Shown one piece after another: positions 18,121-27,181 of a stretch of 38,242 bases of DNA. How positions within the stretch are numbered: position 1 is the stretch's first letter; each line of letters opens with the position of its first letter. Under the pieces are notes generated by a model that did not search any database, had not been told where the DNA came from, and was given only the letters and a program-made list of their open reading frames with translations. The stretch spans positions 1 to 38,242 of the forward strand of contig JAXEJY010000189.1 of assembly GCA_034101315.1 (NCBI GenBank). Direction: 5' to 3'. This DNA is from Pyramidobacter sp. (GTDB lineage: Bacteria > Synergistota > Synergistia > Synergistales > Dethiosulfovibrionaceae). The translations under genes and the position numbers were made by a program.

Positions 18121-18172
18121 TTTGGCTAAGGTTTATTAGCCAAATTATAAGCTAATACTCCTTAGCTGTCAA
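18121..18172 (-). promoter_or_regulatory. Consensus sigma70 promoter with two tandem palindromic operators (GCTAA-N6-TTAGC)
   Basis: Minus strand TTGACA(18172-18167)-17 nt-TATAAT(18149-18144); operators TTTGGCTAA-ggttta-TTAGCCAAA (18121-18144) and AGCTAA-tactcc-TTAGCT (18150-18167). Confidence 0.85.
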
Positions 18173-18234
18173 GCTCTTTTGCCCTCTGAGCATATGCTGC
18201 CGAAAACGGAGAAAGCTTTTTGCAAAAGAAGTGC

Positions 18235-18263
18235 TTGATTTTTTTTCTGGCGCGTGCTAAGAT
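18235..18263 (+). promoter_or_regulatory. Probable tRNA promoter
   Basis: TTGATT-17 nt-TAAGAT with TGn extension. Confidence 0.6.
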
Positions 18264-18304
18264 ACACAAGTCGTTTTGAGGTCTACGCCTCATCGGCGCA
18301 TAGT

Positions 18305-18380
<76 letters not shown>

Positions 18381-18393
18381 TTAAAATGAACAC

Positions 18394-18428
18394 AAAGACG
18401 CTTCCGTGTATGCGGAAGCGTCTTTTTT
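18394..18428 (+). terminator. tRNA terminator
   Basis: aaagacgcttccg-tgtatg-cggaagcgtctttttt. Confidence 0.85.
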
Positions 18429-18682
18429 GTTTGCGCTAAAAGCCCGAAGTGGTTTCAGATTCTCTCTGAAAGCCGCTTCGGGTTTTTGCTTTGGATTCTA
18501 TAATTATGTTTTTTGCGGCACTTCGTTTGCAGCCGGCATTTAGTCCGTTGATTGTTGTTGGGTAATTGAAGCTGATATAAGATTGTATGCGACGGAGTTG
18601 GCGAGCAGTCAGCTGATGAAGGGAGATGGAACAAAATGACGTAAAAGAAATTGAACGTGCATTTGTGTCTCTAAAAAATACA

Positions 18683-18749
18683 TTGACAAAATAAAAAAAG
18701 ATGGTATTGTTCAACTTGTAAAAAGTGGTTTTTGAAACCGCTAAGCGGT
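18683..18749 (+). promoter_or_regulatory. Promoter and candidate IclR operator of the catabolic operon
   Basis: TTGACA-16 nt-TATTGT with TGn, followed by the near-palindrome AGTGGTTT-ttg-AAACCGCT (18724-18742) and ACCGCT-a-AGCGGT (18737-18749). Confidence 0.55.
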
Positions 18750-18770
18750 ACTTGAGGTGGATGATTGAAT

Positions 18771-19544
18771 ATGGAAAAAGAAATTCACGAAAAGGATTCT
18801 GTGCGTGCTGTTGAGCGCGCGCTTTCATTGCTGGAAATTTTTGATTTCAACTGCAGGACACTGACGCTGAATCAGATGATGGAATTGACCGGTCTGGCAA
18901 AAACGACTGTTGTCCGCCTCATTGCCTCGCTTGAAAAAATGGGCTTTTTGGTAAAAGCTCCGGGCGGAACGGGATATCGGCTCGGGCGCGTTCTTTTTCG
19001 GCTTGGACACGTCGTTGAAATGGACATGGAGCTTTCGTCAATAGCGCGTCCGACGCTGCGCGAATGTGCCGACAAAACAAAAGAGTCGGTAGAGATCAAC
19101 GTCGTCATGGATGATCATCGCGTGTGCATCGCCAAAATTGACAGCGAAAGAACGCTGCGCTATGTGATTCCGCTCGGCAAAAATCTGCCTCTTTATCGCG
19201 GTGGTTCGGGAAAGCTGCTCTTGGCATATCTTCCTTCGGAAAAGCAGCAGCAGATTCTTCGCGACAATGAAGCAGATTTGGGCAAAAGCATAGAAGAAGT
19301 CCAAAAAGACCTTGAACAGATAAGGACAAATGGGTATTCGGTGTCGATCAGTGACCGGCTTGTCGGGGCCTTTGCCGTGTCAGCTCCGGTTCGTGACAGT
19401 TCTGGAGCTGTGATTGCCGGTCTGACAATCTCCGGCGCTTCCGCGAGGTATTCAGAGAAAGAGATTCAGGGAGTGCTGGAGGAGGTTGTCAGAGGCGCCC
19501 GGAAGATTTCAATGGAGATGGGGTACGAAGAGAATGGAGTGTAG
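18771..19544 (+). CDS. IclR-family transcriptional regulator
   Basis: SVRAVERALSLLE...TGLAKTTVVRLIASL HTH; PLYRGGSGKLLLA and AVSAPV...AGLTISG effector domain. Confidence 0.93.
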   Translation: MEKEIHEKDSVRAVERALSLLEIFDFNCRTLTLNQMMELTGLAKTTVVRLIASLEKMGFLVKAPGGTGYRLGRVLFRLGHVVEMDMELSSIARPTLRECADKTKESVEINVVMDDHRVCIAKIDSERTLRYVIPLGKNLPLYRGGSGKLLLAYLPSEKQQQILRDNEADLGKSIEEVQKDLEQIRTNGYSVSISDRLVGAFAVSAPVRDSSGAVIAGLTISGASARYSEKEIQGVLEEVVRGARKISMEMGYEENGV

Positions 19545-20751
19545 GCGGGGAAAAACTGTTGTTGAGCAAATTTTTTCGGAGCGCGTCGGGCGCGACGTCA
19601 AAGCGGGGCAAATTGTGATTGCACCAGTTGATCTGATGATGGCAAGCGACACGACGGCGCCGATGGCAATTAAAGCTTTTGAGGGCATGGGCGGAGTGAA
19701 CGTCTTTGACAACGAAAAAGTTCTTCTTGTGATCGACCATGCCGCTCCGCCGCCCAATCAGACGATTGCCAATCTCCATGTTCTAATGAGAGAGTTTGCT
19801 CAAAAACAGAAAATCCGCCTGTATGACTCCGGCGAAGGTATTTGTCATCAGCTTCTTTTGGAGTCAGGTCTCGTGAAGAGCAAGATGATCATCCTCGGCG
19901 CTGACTCACATACGTGTACGTATGGTGCGACGGGGGCTTTTTCCGCCGGCGTCGGCTCGACTGATTTGGCATCTGCGATGCTGACGGGAAAGTCGTGGTT
20001 CAAAATTCCGGAGACGATAAAAGTTGTCGTCTCCGGAAAACTGCAGAAAGGTGTTTTTGCAAAAGACCTGATTCTGCATGTGATTCAGCTTTTAGGCGCC
20101 GGCGGAGCAATTTACAAGAGCGTCGAGTTTTACGGCGATATCTTTGAGTCGATGGGGCTCGCAGAGAAAGCGACGATCGCAAACATGGTCTCGGAAATGG
20201 GAGGAAAGAACGGTTTCATCTGCGACTCGTCAACGGGCGTCGCTTCCGAGGCTGGAGCTGTTTTCAGCCGAACGCTGGAGATTGACGCGCCCCAGATAGA
20301 GCCTCTCCTTGCATGCCCTCATCTTGTTGACAACGTCCAGCCCGTTAAAGTGCACACAGATGTAAAAGTCAATCAGGTCGTCATTGGCAGCTGCACAAAC
20401 GGCCGTTTGGAGGACTTGCGTACGGCAGCTGAAATCGTGAAAGGAAAGCATATTGCTCCGGGCGTTCGGTTCTACGTTTATCCCGCGTCCCGCAGTATTC
20501 TCCTGAAGGCTGCGGAGGATGGAACGCTTGCGGCGCTCGTCGCTGCCGGAGCCGTCATCATGCCGCCAGGATGCGGCGTATGCGTCGGGACACACGGCGG
20601 CGTTCCAGGGGACGGTGAAGTCGTCCTTTCCACGACGAACCGCAACTTCTGCGGGCGAATGGGAAACAACAAAGCGTTCGTCTATCTTTCATCTCCGGCG
20701 ACAGCCGCGGCGTCGGCGCTGACCGGCAGAATCACTGATCCCAGAGAATAG
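19534..20751 (+). CDS. Aconitase-family hydratase large subunit 1 (LeuC/HacA/DmdA-like)
   Basis: IDH, GEGICH, GADSHTCTYGA, IGSCTNGR, PGCGVCVG and STTNRNFCGRMG; three cluster cysteines intact. Confidence 0.92.
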   Translation: MECRRGKTVVEQIFSERVGRDVKAGQIVIAPVDLMMASDTTAPMAIKAFEGMGGVNVFDNEKVLLVIDHAAPPPNQTIANLHVLMREFAQKQKIRLYDSGEGICHQLLLESGLVKSKMIILGADSHTCTYGATGAFSAGVGSTDLASAMLTGKSWFKIPETIKVVVSGKLQKGVFAKDLILHVIQLLGAGGAIYKSVEFYGDIFESMGLAEKATIANMVSEMGGKNGFICDSSTGVASEAGAVFSRTLEIDAPQIEPLLACPHLVDNVQPVKVHTDVKVNQVVIGSCTNGRLEDLRTAAEIVKGKHIAPGVRFYVYPASRSILLKAAEDGTLAALVAAGAVIMPPGCGVCVGTHGGVPGDGEVVLSTTNRNFCGRMGNNKAFVYLSSPATAAASALTGRITDPRE

Positions 20752-20763
20752 GAGCTTTTTCTC

Positions 20764-21264
20764 ATGCTTATTTCCGGTAAGGCGCTGAAATACGGCGACG
20801 ATATCAATACGGATCTGATTATCGCCGGCAAATACACAAAAACTCTTGATTTTAAGTCGCTCGCCGATCACGTTATGGAAGATTTGGACTCGGATTTCAG
20901 AAAAAAGCTTTCTCCGGGCGATTTTGTTGTCGGAGGCGAAAATTTCGGGTGCGGCTCGTCGCGGGAACAGGCCCCCGTTGCGCTGAAGCACGTTGGTGTC
21001 GGATGCGTCATTGCAAAGTCTTTTGCGCGCATCTTTTTCCGCAACGCCATTAACATCGGTCTTCCGCTCATAGAATGCGACACAGACATGATTCAGGACG
21101 GAGACCGTTTGGAGTGTCGTCTGGGAAGTTCTGTCATTTTGAATGTTACTCAAAATAAAGAAATATCAATTGAACCTTTGCCGACGGTGATGGTTCGTAT
21201 CCTAGCTGAGGGAGGATTGGTTGCGTATATGAAAAAACATGCGGGATATGAGGATATTTTGTAG
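20764..21264 (+). CDS. Aconitase-family hydratase small subunit 1 (LeuD/HacB/DmdB-like)
   Basis: GDDINTDLII, NFGCGSSREQAP and SFARIFFRNAINIG. Confidence 0.92.
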   Translation: MLISGKALKYGDDINTDLIIAGKYTKTLDFKSLADHVMEDLDSDFRKKLSPGDFVVGGENFGCGSSREQAPVALKHVGVGCVIAKSFARIFFRNAINIGLPLIECDTDMIQDGDRLECRLGSSVILNVTQNKEISIEPLPTVMVRILAEGGLVAYMKKHAGYEDIL

Positions 21265-21310
21265 AGAGCGTTTTGAGTGTATTGCGTGTCTTTTTAGGAG
21301 GGTATGGAAT

Positions 21311-22246
21311 ATGAGAAGTTTGAAATCGCTGAGTAAAGTTGTCTTCGCTGTTATGGCTCTGCTTTTGATCGTTTCGCCTGTTTTTGCCGCGTTCCCTGAA
21401 AAAGAGATCACTCTTATTGTTCCGTACAGCGCAGGCGGCGGCTCTGACACGACAGCGCGAATCTTTGCGCAGTTTGCCAACAAGTATTTCCCCAAACCGA
21501 TTGTTGTCGTGAACTATCCTGGCGGCGGCGGTGCAGTCGGTCAGACTCGCGGTTCTAAAGCAGCTCCGGACGGCTACACGCTGACTCAGATTACAAGCTC
21601 GCTCACGATCCAGCCGCTGGTGAAAAAGCTTCCTTATGACTATAAATCATTTACCCCTATTGCTCAGCTTGTCGACAGCCCGGACATTCTGATGGTGCGC
21701 AAAGACAATGAAAAGCTTGCCACAGCTGAGAAGTTCATTGCATTTGCAAAGGCAAACCCCGGAAAAGTCCGCGTCGGAACTTCCGGAACTGGTTCGAATG
21801 ACCACTTCACAATGATGGTTCTTCAGCAGCAAGGCGGCTTGAAGCATACGCTTTTTCCTTTAAGTGCCGATGCAAAAGTTAATCTGCTCGGCGGACATGT
21901 CGACGCCGCCGCCGGCGGAGTTGAGGACGTTCAGGATTTGCCTGACCTCAAAGCCATTATGATCTTTGCTGACAAGCGCGATCCTTCTATGCCCGATGTT
22001 CCTACGGCGAAAGAGATGGGCTTTGACTGGACAAGCTCTGTTTGGCGCGGCATTGCCCTGCCTACCGGAGTCTCTGATGAAGTCGTGAAATACTTTGACG
22101 CGACGATTACTAAAGTGATGGCTGATCCGGAATACGTCAAGACGATGGGAAATCTTGGAATTCCTGTTGCATATCTGAAATCAGCTGAATTCGCTGAGAA
22201 AATTAAAGAAAAAGCGGAAGTTTACAAAAAACTCTCCGGCAAATAA
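21311..22246 (+). CDS. Tripartite tricarboxylate transporter substrate-binding protein (TctC/Bug family)
   Basis: Signal peptide, then FPEKEITLIVPYSAGGGSDTTAR, NYPGGGG, PDGYTL, LLGGHVD and PDVPT. Confidence 0.92.
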   Translation: MRSLKSLSKVVFAVMALLLIVSPVFAAFPEKEITLIVPYSAGGGSDTTARIFAQFANKYFPKPIVVVNYPGGGGAVGQTRGSKAAPDGYTLTQITSSLTIQPLVKKLPYDYKSFTPIAQLVDSPDILMVRKDNEKLATAEKFIAFAKANPGKVRVGTSGTGSNDHFTMMVLQQQGGLKHTLFPLSADAKVNLLGGHVDAAAGGVEDVQDLPDLKAIMIFADKRDPSMPDVPTAKEMGFDWTSSVWRGIALPTGVSDEVVKYFDATITKVMADPEYVKTMGNLGIPVAYLKSAEFAEKIKEKAEVYKKLSGK

Positions 22247-22258
22247 TCGGGAAAATAT

Positions 22259-22294
22259 AAGTGCTGCACAGTTTTTATGAACTGTGCAGCACTT
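22259..22294 (+). other. Intercistronic hairpin after the binding-protein gene
   Basis: aagtgctgcacagtt-tttatg-aactgtgcagcactt 15-bp perfect stem; typical mRNA stabiliser or attenuator that raises the binding-protein ratio. Confidence 0.65.
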
Positions 22295-22322
22295 TGAGAA
22301 ATGAACAGAGGGGGCTGTTTAT

Positions 22323-22775
22323 ATGCTTCAAATCAAAGAGAAAAAAGAATTTCTTCTCTATCTTTTGACATTATGCGCAAGTGTATATCTTTATTCAACG
22401 CTGACTGAGCTTTCGTACGAGACAAGAGCTTTTCCGGGTGTTGCTCTGCTGTGTCTTGCGTGCGTCTGTGTTATCGGTATAAAAAGATCTTTGTCGTGCT
22501 CTTCAGCGGTTGCTGAACAAGCTGATAAAAAAGAGGGGGCAGAGAAGTTCAAGAAGTTCTGCTTTGCGCTGCTGGGGACAGTCGTTTATGTCTGCGCGAT
22601 TCCTCTTATGGGGTTTTATGCCAGTTCGCTTATTTTGCTTTTGGCTTTGACGCTGCTTCTGGGAAACAGACGTTACGGTCTTATCATTTTGACAACAGTT
22701 ATTTTTCTGACTTCGCTCTTCAGCGTTTTTTCGATGTTCTTGAATGTCCCTCTTCCTAAGGGTGTTCTCTTTTAG
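22323..22775 (+). CDS. Tripartite tricarboxylate transporter TctB-family small membrane subunit
   Basis: About 4 TM segments, AFP and LMGF motifs, C-terminal FLNVPLPKG; lies between tctC and tctA. Confidence 0.85.
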   Translation: MLQIKEKKEFLLYLLTLCASVYLYSTLTELSYETRAFPGVALLCLACVCVIGIKRSLSCSSAVAEQADKKEGAEKFKKFCFALLGTVVYVCAIPLMGFYASSLILLLALTLLLGNRRYGLIILTTVIFLTSLFSVFSMFLNVPLPKGVLF

Positions 22776-22803
22776 GAAAAACTCATAAAGAAGGAAGAAT
22801 AAT

Positions 22804-24285
22804 ATGAATATATTTATGTCTGCTTTGGTCAACGCGCTCTCTCCTATAGGGATTCTCGCGTCGTTCTCCGGCGTTTTGGGCGGTATCATTATCGGATCTC
22901 TGCCCGGGCTTTCCGCGACTATGGCTATTGCCCTCCTGATTCCCGTCACATTTGCGATGTCGCCGGATATCGCGCTGCTCATGCTTGTCGGCGTGTACTG
23001 CGGATCTGTTTACGGAGGCTCGATCAGCGCGATTCTTGTCGGCGTTCCGGGGACGCCGTCAGCTGCTGCGACGTGGATGGACGGCTACCCGATGTCGTCC
23101 AAGGGCGAGGGCGCAAAAGCTCTGTGGTTTTCTGTAACGGGGTCGTTTGTCGGCGGAATCGTCAGCGCTTTGGCACTCGCTCTGCTGGCTCCGCTTCTTG
23201 CAAAGTTTGCTTTGAAATTTGGACCGCCTGAGTATTTTTCTCTTGCTATCTTTGGTTTGTCAATCATCGTCAGCCTTGTTTCAAAGTCATTTTTAAAAGG
23301 TCTTTTTTCTGCATTTCTGGGAGTTGTTCTTGCATGTGTGGGAATGGATCCCATCCTTGGAGAGAATCGGCTTACATTTGATATCCTCGACCTAATGAGC
23401 GGCATTCCGTTTGCCTGCGCGATCATCGGGCTGTTCGGATTCTCTCAGGCGCTTCAGATGTGCCAGCAGGAGTTTATCGCTGACATGTCGACGATCTCCA
23501 AAACTGGACGCAAACTTCCGCGCTTTAGAGAATTGCTCCCTCATTGGAAGCTGATCCTGCGTTCTTCAGTAATAGGAACGGTTATCGGTATAATTCCCGG
23601 CGCCGGAACAAGTATGGCTTCATTTATCGCGTACAGCGACGCGCGGAACTGCTCTAAGACAAAAGAGCTTTTTGGAACTGGACATGTCGAGGGGCTCTTG
23701 GCGCCGGAAACAGCGAACAACGCAGTGACGGGCGGTTCCATGGTGCCCATGCTCGCTCTTGGCGTTCCCGGAAACGGCGTTTCAGCCATCTTCATCGGCG
23801 CTCTGATGATTCACGGAATTAACCCAGGCCCAATGCTGTTCCAAAATCATGCTGAACTGGTCAACACCATTTTCGTGGGCTTCTTTATTGCTAATTTCTT
23901 CATGCTTCTGATGGGGCTGATTGCCGCTCGTTATCTGTCAAGCGTTACGACAGTGTCCACAAGCATTATGGCGCCTATTATCTGTGTTCTTTGCGTTATT
24001 GGAACGTTTGCGATCAGAAACAGCATGTTTGACGTGTGGGTTATGCTGCTTTTCGGCGTGGGCGGTTATTTCCTGACGCTCTGCAAGGTGTCCATGATTC
24101 CTCTGGTTCTTGCGCTGATCCTGTCGCCTTTGGCAGAGCAGTCCTACTTCCAGTCAATGCTCCTTTCAGACGGCAGCCCGGCAATCTTTGTGACGCGCCC
24201 GATCAGTCTGGCGCTTCTGGCTGTTTCATTGATTTCTATCGTCGTTCCTTTCTTCAAGCAGAGCTTGAAAGAACAGGACGAGTAG
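22804..24285 (+). CDS. Tripartite tricarboxylate transporter TctA-family large membrane subunit
   Basis: GSLPGLSATMA, YGGSISAILVGVPGTP, FGPPEYF, PETANNA and LALGVPG. Confidence 0.95.
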   Translation: MNIFMSALVNALSPIGILASFSGVLGGIIIGSLPGLSATMAIALLIPVTFAMSPDIALLMLVGVYCGSVYGGSISAILVGVPGTPSAAATWMDGYPMSSKGEGAKALWFSVTGSFVGGIVSALALALLAPLLAKFALKFGPPEYFSLAIFGLSIIVSLVSKSFLKGLFSAFLGVVLACVGMDPILGENRLTFDILDLMSGIPFACAIIGLFGFSQALQMCQQEFIADMSTISKTGRKLPRFRELLPHWKLILRSSVIGTVIGIIPGAGTSMASFIAYSDARNCSKTKELFGTGHVEGLLAPETANNAVTGGSMVPMLALGVPGNGVSAIFIGALMIHGINPGPMLFQNHAELVNTIFVGFFIANFFMLLMGLIAARYLSSVTTVSTSIMAPIICVLCVIGTFAIRNSMFDVWVMLLFGVGGYFLTLCKVSMIPLVLALILSPLAEQSYFQSMLLSDGSPAIFVTRPISLALLAVSLISIVVPFFKQSLKEQDE

Positions 24286-24303
24286 AGTAAAGAAGAGCTT
24301 ACC

Positions 24304-25563
24304 ATGGGTAAAACTTTTGCAGAAAAAATATTCTCCAATGCGGTTCATTCCTCTGTCAGTGCCGGAGATCTGGTTGAAGCTTTTCCAGATTTTTGTCTGA
24401 GCCATGATAACGGGGCAGCGGTCATCGATTTTTTCAAAAAGATTGACGTTGAAAAAGTCTATGATCCTTCCCGAATCGTCTTTGTGATGGATCATGCTGT
24501 TCCAGCTCCGACGATGAAGCACGCTGAAAACCACGCAACGGTGCGCCGTTTCGTTGCAGAACAGGAAATTCCTAATTTTTATGACGTGACAAGCTGCGGC
24601 GGCGTGTGTCATCAAATTATGTGCGAAAACGGATTTGCACTGCCCGGACTGATCAATGTCGGAACAGACAGCCACACATGCACGCACGGCGCGCTGGGGG
24701 CATTCTCCACTGGAATCGGAAGAGCTGAGATGGCGGCTGTATGGGCGACAGGAAGTCTGTGGTTCCGCGTTCCCCAGAGCATTTCAATCAGCGTTGAAGG
24801 CGATTTTGCACCGGGTGTTACTTCAAAAGACCTCATCTTGAAGATTGTGCATGACATGCGCTCTGACGGCGCCGATTACATGTCTGTTGAGTTCTCAGGC
24901 AGTTCTGTGGCTCAAATGTCTCTTGGAGAACGCATGACGCTCTGCAACATGGGAATTGAAATGGGCGCGAAAAACGCCGTCTGCTGCCCGGATCAAAAAG
25001 TGTATGACTGGGTTTCTTCCCGTGCGAAGAAACCGTGGAGCGCTGTCTGGGCGGATGAAGACGCTGTTTATGATCGCAAGCTGTCCTATCGCCTTGAGGA
25101 CGTTGAGCCGTATGTTGCCAGACCTCACTTTGTCGACAACGGATGTCCTGTCAGCGAGATTGAGGGACTGCGTATCGATCAGGCATTTCTGGGCTCCTGC
25201 ACAAACGGACGGCTTGAAGATCTGCGTGTTGCCGCGCGTATTCTCTCGGGCAAAAAAACGGCTGTCCGCATGGTCGTCATTCCGTGTTCGTGGCGCGTGT
25301 ACCGCATGGCCCTGAAAGAGGGAATTGTTGACACGCTTCTTGATGCTGGCTGCGTTGTCTGCAATCCCGGCTGCGGCCCGTGCTGCGGCAATCACGAAGG
25401 CGCGCTGGCATCCGGTGAAGTGTGCATTTCCACAGCGAACAGAAACTTCAAAGGGCGCATGGGAGCTGCTGACAGTTTAATTTATCTCGCCAGCCCGGCA
25501 ACAGTTGCCGCGTCGGCTCTGCACGGGAGAATTACAGATCTCAGAAAGGTGGGAGCACGATGA
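24304..25563 (+). CDS. Aconitase-family hydratase large subunit 2 (LeuC/HacA/DmdA-like)
   Basis: SHDN, MDH, GVCHQ, GTDSHTCTHGA, LGSCTNGR, PGCGPCCG and STANRNFKGRMG. Confidence 0.92.
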   Translation: MGKTFAEKIFSNAVHSSVSAGDLVEAFPDFCLSHDNGAAVIDFFKKIDVEKVYDPSRIVFVMDHAVPAPTMKHAENHATVRRFVAEQEIPNFYDVTSCGGVCHQIMCENGFALPGLINVGTDSHTCTHGALGAFSTGIGRAEMAAVWATGSLWFRVPQSISISVEGDFAPGVTSKDLILKIVHDMRSDGADYMSVEFSGSSVAQMSLGERMTLCNMGIEMGAKNAVCCPDQKVYDWVSSRAKKPWSAVWADEDAVYDRKLSYRLEDVEPYVARPHFVDNGCPVSEIEGLRIDQAFLGSCTNGRLEDLRVAARILSGKKTAVRMVVIPCSWRVYRMALKEGIVDTLLDAGCVVCNPGCGPCCGNHEGALASGEVCISTANRNFKGRMGAADSLIYLASPATVAASALHGRITDLRKVGAR

Positions 25564-26063
25564 AAATTTCGGGGCGCGTATGGAAATACGGCGATGACGT
25601 GAACACAGACGTTATTTTCCCCGGTCGCTACACCTATACGATTCGTGATGATAAAGAGATGGGCGAGCATGCGCTGGAGGATTTGGATCCTGAGTTTGCC
25701 GGAAAAGTTCAGCCCGGCGACATTATCGTGGCTGGAAAGAACTGGGGATGCGGCTCGTCGCGTCAGCAAGCTGTTACATGTCTGCGAGTAAAGGGCGTCT
25801 CTGCAATTATCGTCAAGGGTGTCTCCCGCATTCACTACAGAAACGCCATCAATGAGGCTTTGCCAATAATCGTCTGTCCCGAGGCTGTCGATATGATAGA
25901 GAACGGTGAAGTTGTAAGCGTCGATTTTGATGCCGGAACTGTGGAGTCACCAAAAGGCGCATGCCGCTTTAAGCCATTCCCTGAAATTGTTTCCCGAATT
26001 ATGAGCGCCGGCGGATTGATTCCGTACGTCAACGAGAAGATTGCACGAAATAAAAAACAATAA
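25560..26063 (+). CDS. Aconitase-family hydratase small subunit 2 (LeuD/HacB/DmdB-like)
   Basis: GDDVNTDVIFPG, NWGCGSSRQQA and SRIHYRNAIN; ATGA-coupled to large subunit 2. Confidence 0.9.
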   Translation: MKISGRVWKYGDDVNTDVIFPGRYTYTIRDDKEMGEHALEDLDPEFAGKVQPGDIIVAGKNWGCGSSRQQAVTCLRVKGVSAIIVKGVSRIHYRNAINEALPIIVCPEAVDMIENGEVVSVDFDAGTVESPKGACRFKPFPEIVSRIMSAGGLIPYVNEKIARNKKQ

Positions 26064-26081
26064 AAAGAGGAAGATTTTGCG

Positions 26082-26969
26082 ATGAAAAAAAGCACAATGC
26101 TGCGTCAAATGCTCACAAAGAAAGAAGCTCTCGTCGTTCCGGGAGTTCATGATGTAATTTCCGCCAAGCTCGTTCAGAAAGCCGGTTTCAAAGCAGTTCA
26201 GGCGAGCGGTTTCGGTTTGGCGGCAACTCTGCTCGGACTGCCTGACATGGCGTTTTTGTCTTTTGGCGAAATGTGCGACTTTACCCGCACGATTGCCAAT
26301 TCAATCGATATTCCGCTGATGGCGGATGCCGATACGGGGTTCGGCAACTCAATCAACGCAATGTATGTGACACGAAAGTACATCGAAGCTGGCTGCGCCG
26401 GCATGAACATTGAAGACCAGATGTTCCCCAAACGCTGCGGACACATGGAGGGTAAAACAATTGTGCCCGTGCAGGAAATGGTTCTTAAAATTAAAGCCTG
26501 TGCCCGTGTTCGCGATGAAATGGATCCTGATTTCATCATCAATGCCCGCACGGACTCGATTGCCGTTTCAGGAATTGACGAAGCGATCCGGCGCGGCAAC
26601 GCCTACATTGAAGCCGGAGCCGACATGATTTTTGTTGAAGCGCCTCGTACGATTGAAGATATCAAGCGCGCTGTCAAGGAGATTAACGGTCTTGTGAGCA
26701 TCAACCTGTTCGATTTTGTCCAGGGCGGAAAAACGCCGCTGATTTCAGTTGGCGAGCTGAAAGCCGCTGGCGTCGCCAGAATCAGCGTGCCCGTCGGGCC
26801 GCTCTTTGCGGCTGTTAAGGGAATGACTGAGTATCTGAACGTCATTAAAGACGGCATTGCACCCGGACGCACAGATTTGATCGCGTCATTTGCCGAGTAC
26901 AAAGAACTGATCGGATATAACCACTTCCGCGATCTTGAAAAAGAATATCTGCCCCACTTCGTCGAGTAG
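26082..26969 (+). CDS. Isocitrate lyase/PEP mutase superfamily lyase (PrpB / 2,3-dimethylmalate lyase-like)
   Basis: ADADTGFG, IEDQMFPKRCGH catalytic loop, INARTD and AGADMIFVEA. Confidence 0.9.
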   Translation: MKKSTMLRQMLTKKEALVVPGVHDVISAKLVQKAGFKAVQASGFGLAATLLGLPDMAFLSFGEMCDFTRTIANSIDIPLMADADTGFGNSINAMYVTRKYIEAGCAGMNIEDQMFPKRCGHMEGKTIVPVQEMVLKIKACARVRDEMDPDFIINARTDSIAVSGIDEAIRRGNAYIEAGADMIFVEAPRTIEDIKRAVKEINGLVSINLFDFVQGGKTPLISVGELKAAGVARISVPVGPLFAAVKGMTEYLNVIKDGIAPGRTDLIASFAEYKELIGYNHFRDLEKEYLPHFVE

Positions 26970-27001
26970 CTCCAAGTCGGTGAATATAAGGCTTATTTTT
27001 G

Positions 27002-27031
27002 AGCAGGAGTCTTTTCAGACTCCTGCTTTTT
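27002..27031 (+). terminator. Operon terminator
   Basis: agcaggagtct-tttc-agactcctgct followed by a T-run. Confidence 0.85.
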
Positions 27032-27181
27032 CGTGTTTGAGTTTTGAGTTCATTGAAAACTTCACGGCAAAAGCATACAACATTTCAATGAGATGCCGCA
27101 CATGAGTTTACATGAAAAAAATTATGTTTCTCTCTTGATTTCCCTCCTCTGCGCGTGATATCATACATAAGCTGTGAAGGC

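Noticed and set aside
19534-26063. Calling the hydratases leuC/leuD of leucine biosynthesis
   Set aside because: No leuA, leuB or ilv genes or T-box; the context is an importer, a lyase and IclR. Gene symbols were withheld.
26970-27180. attR direct repeat or integrase for the island
   Set aside because: No copy of the tRNA 3' end and no recombinase ORF was seen, so no mobile_element feature was called.
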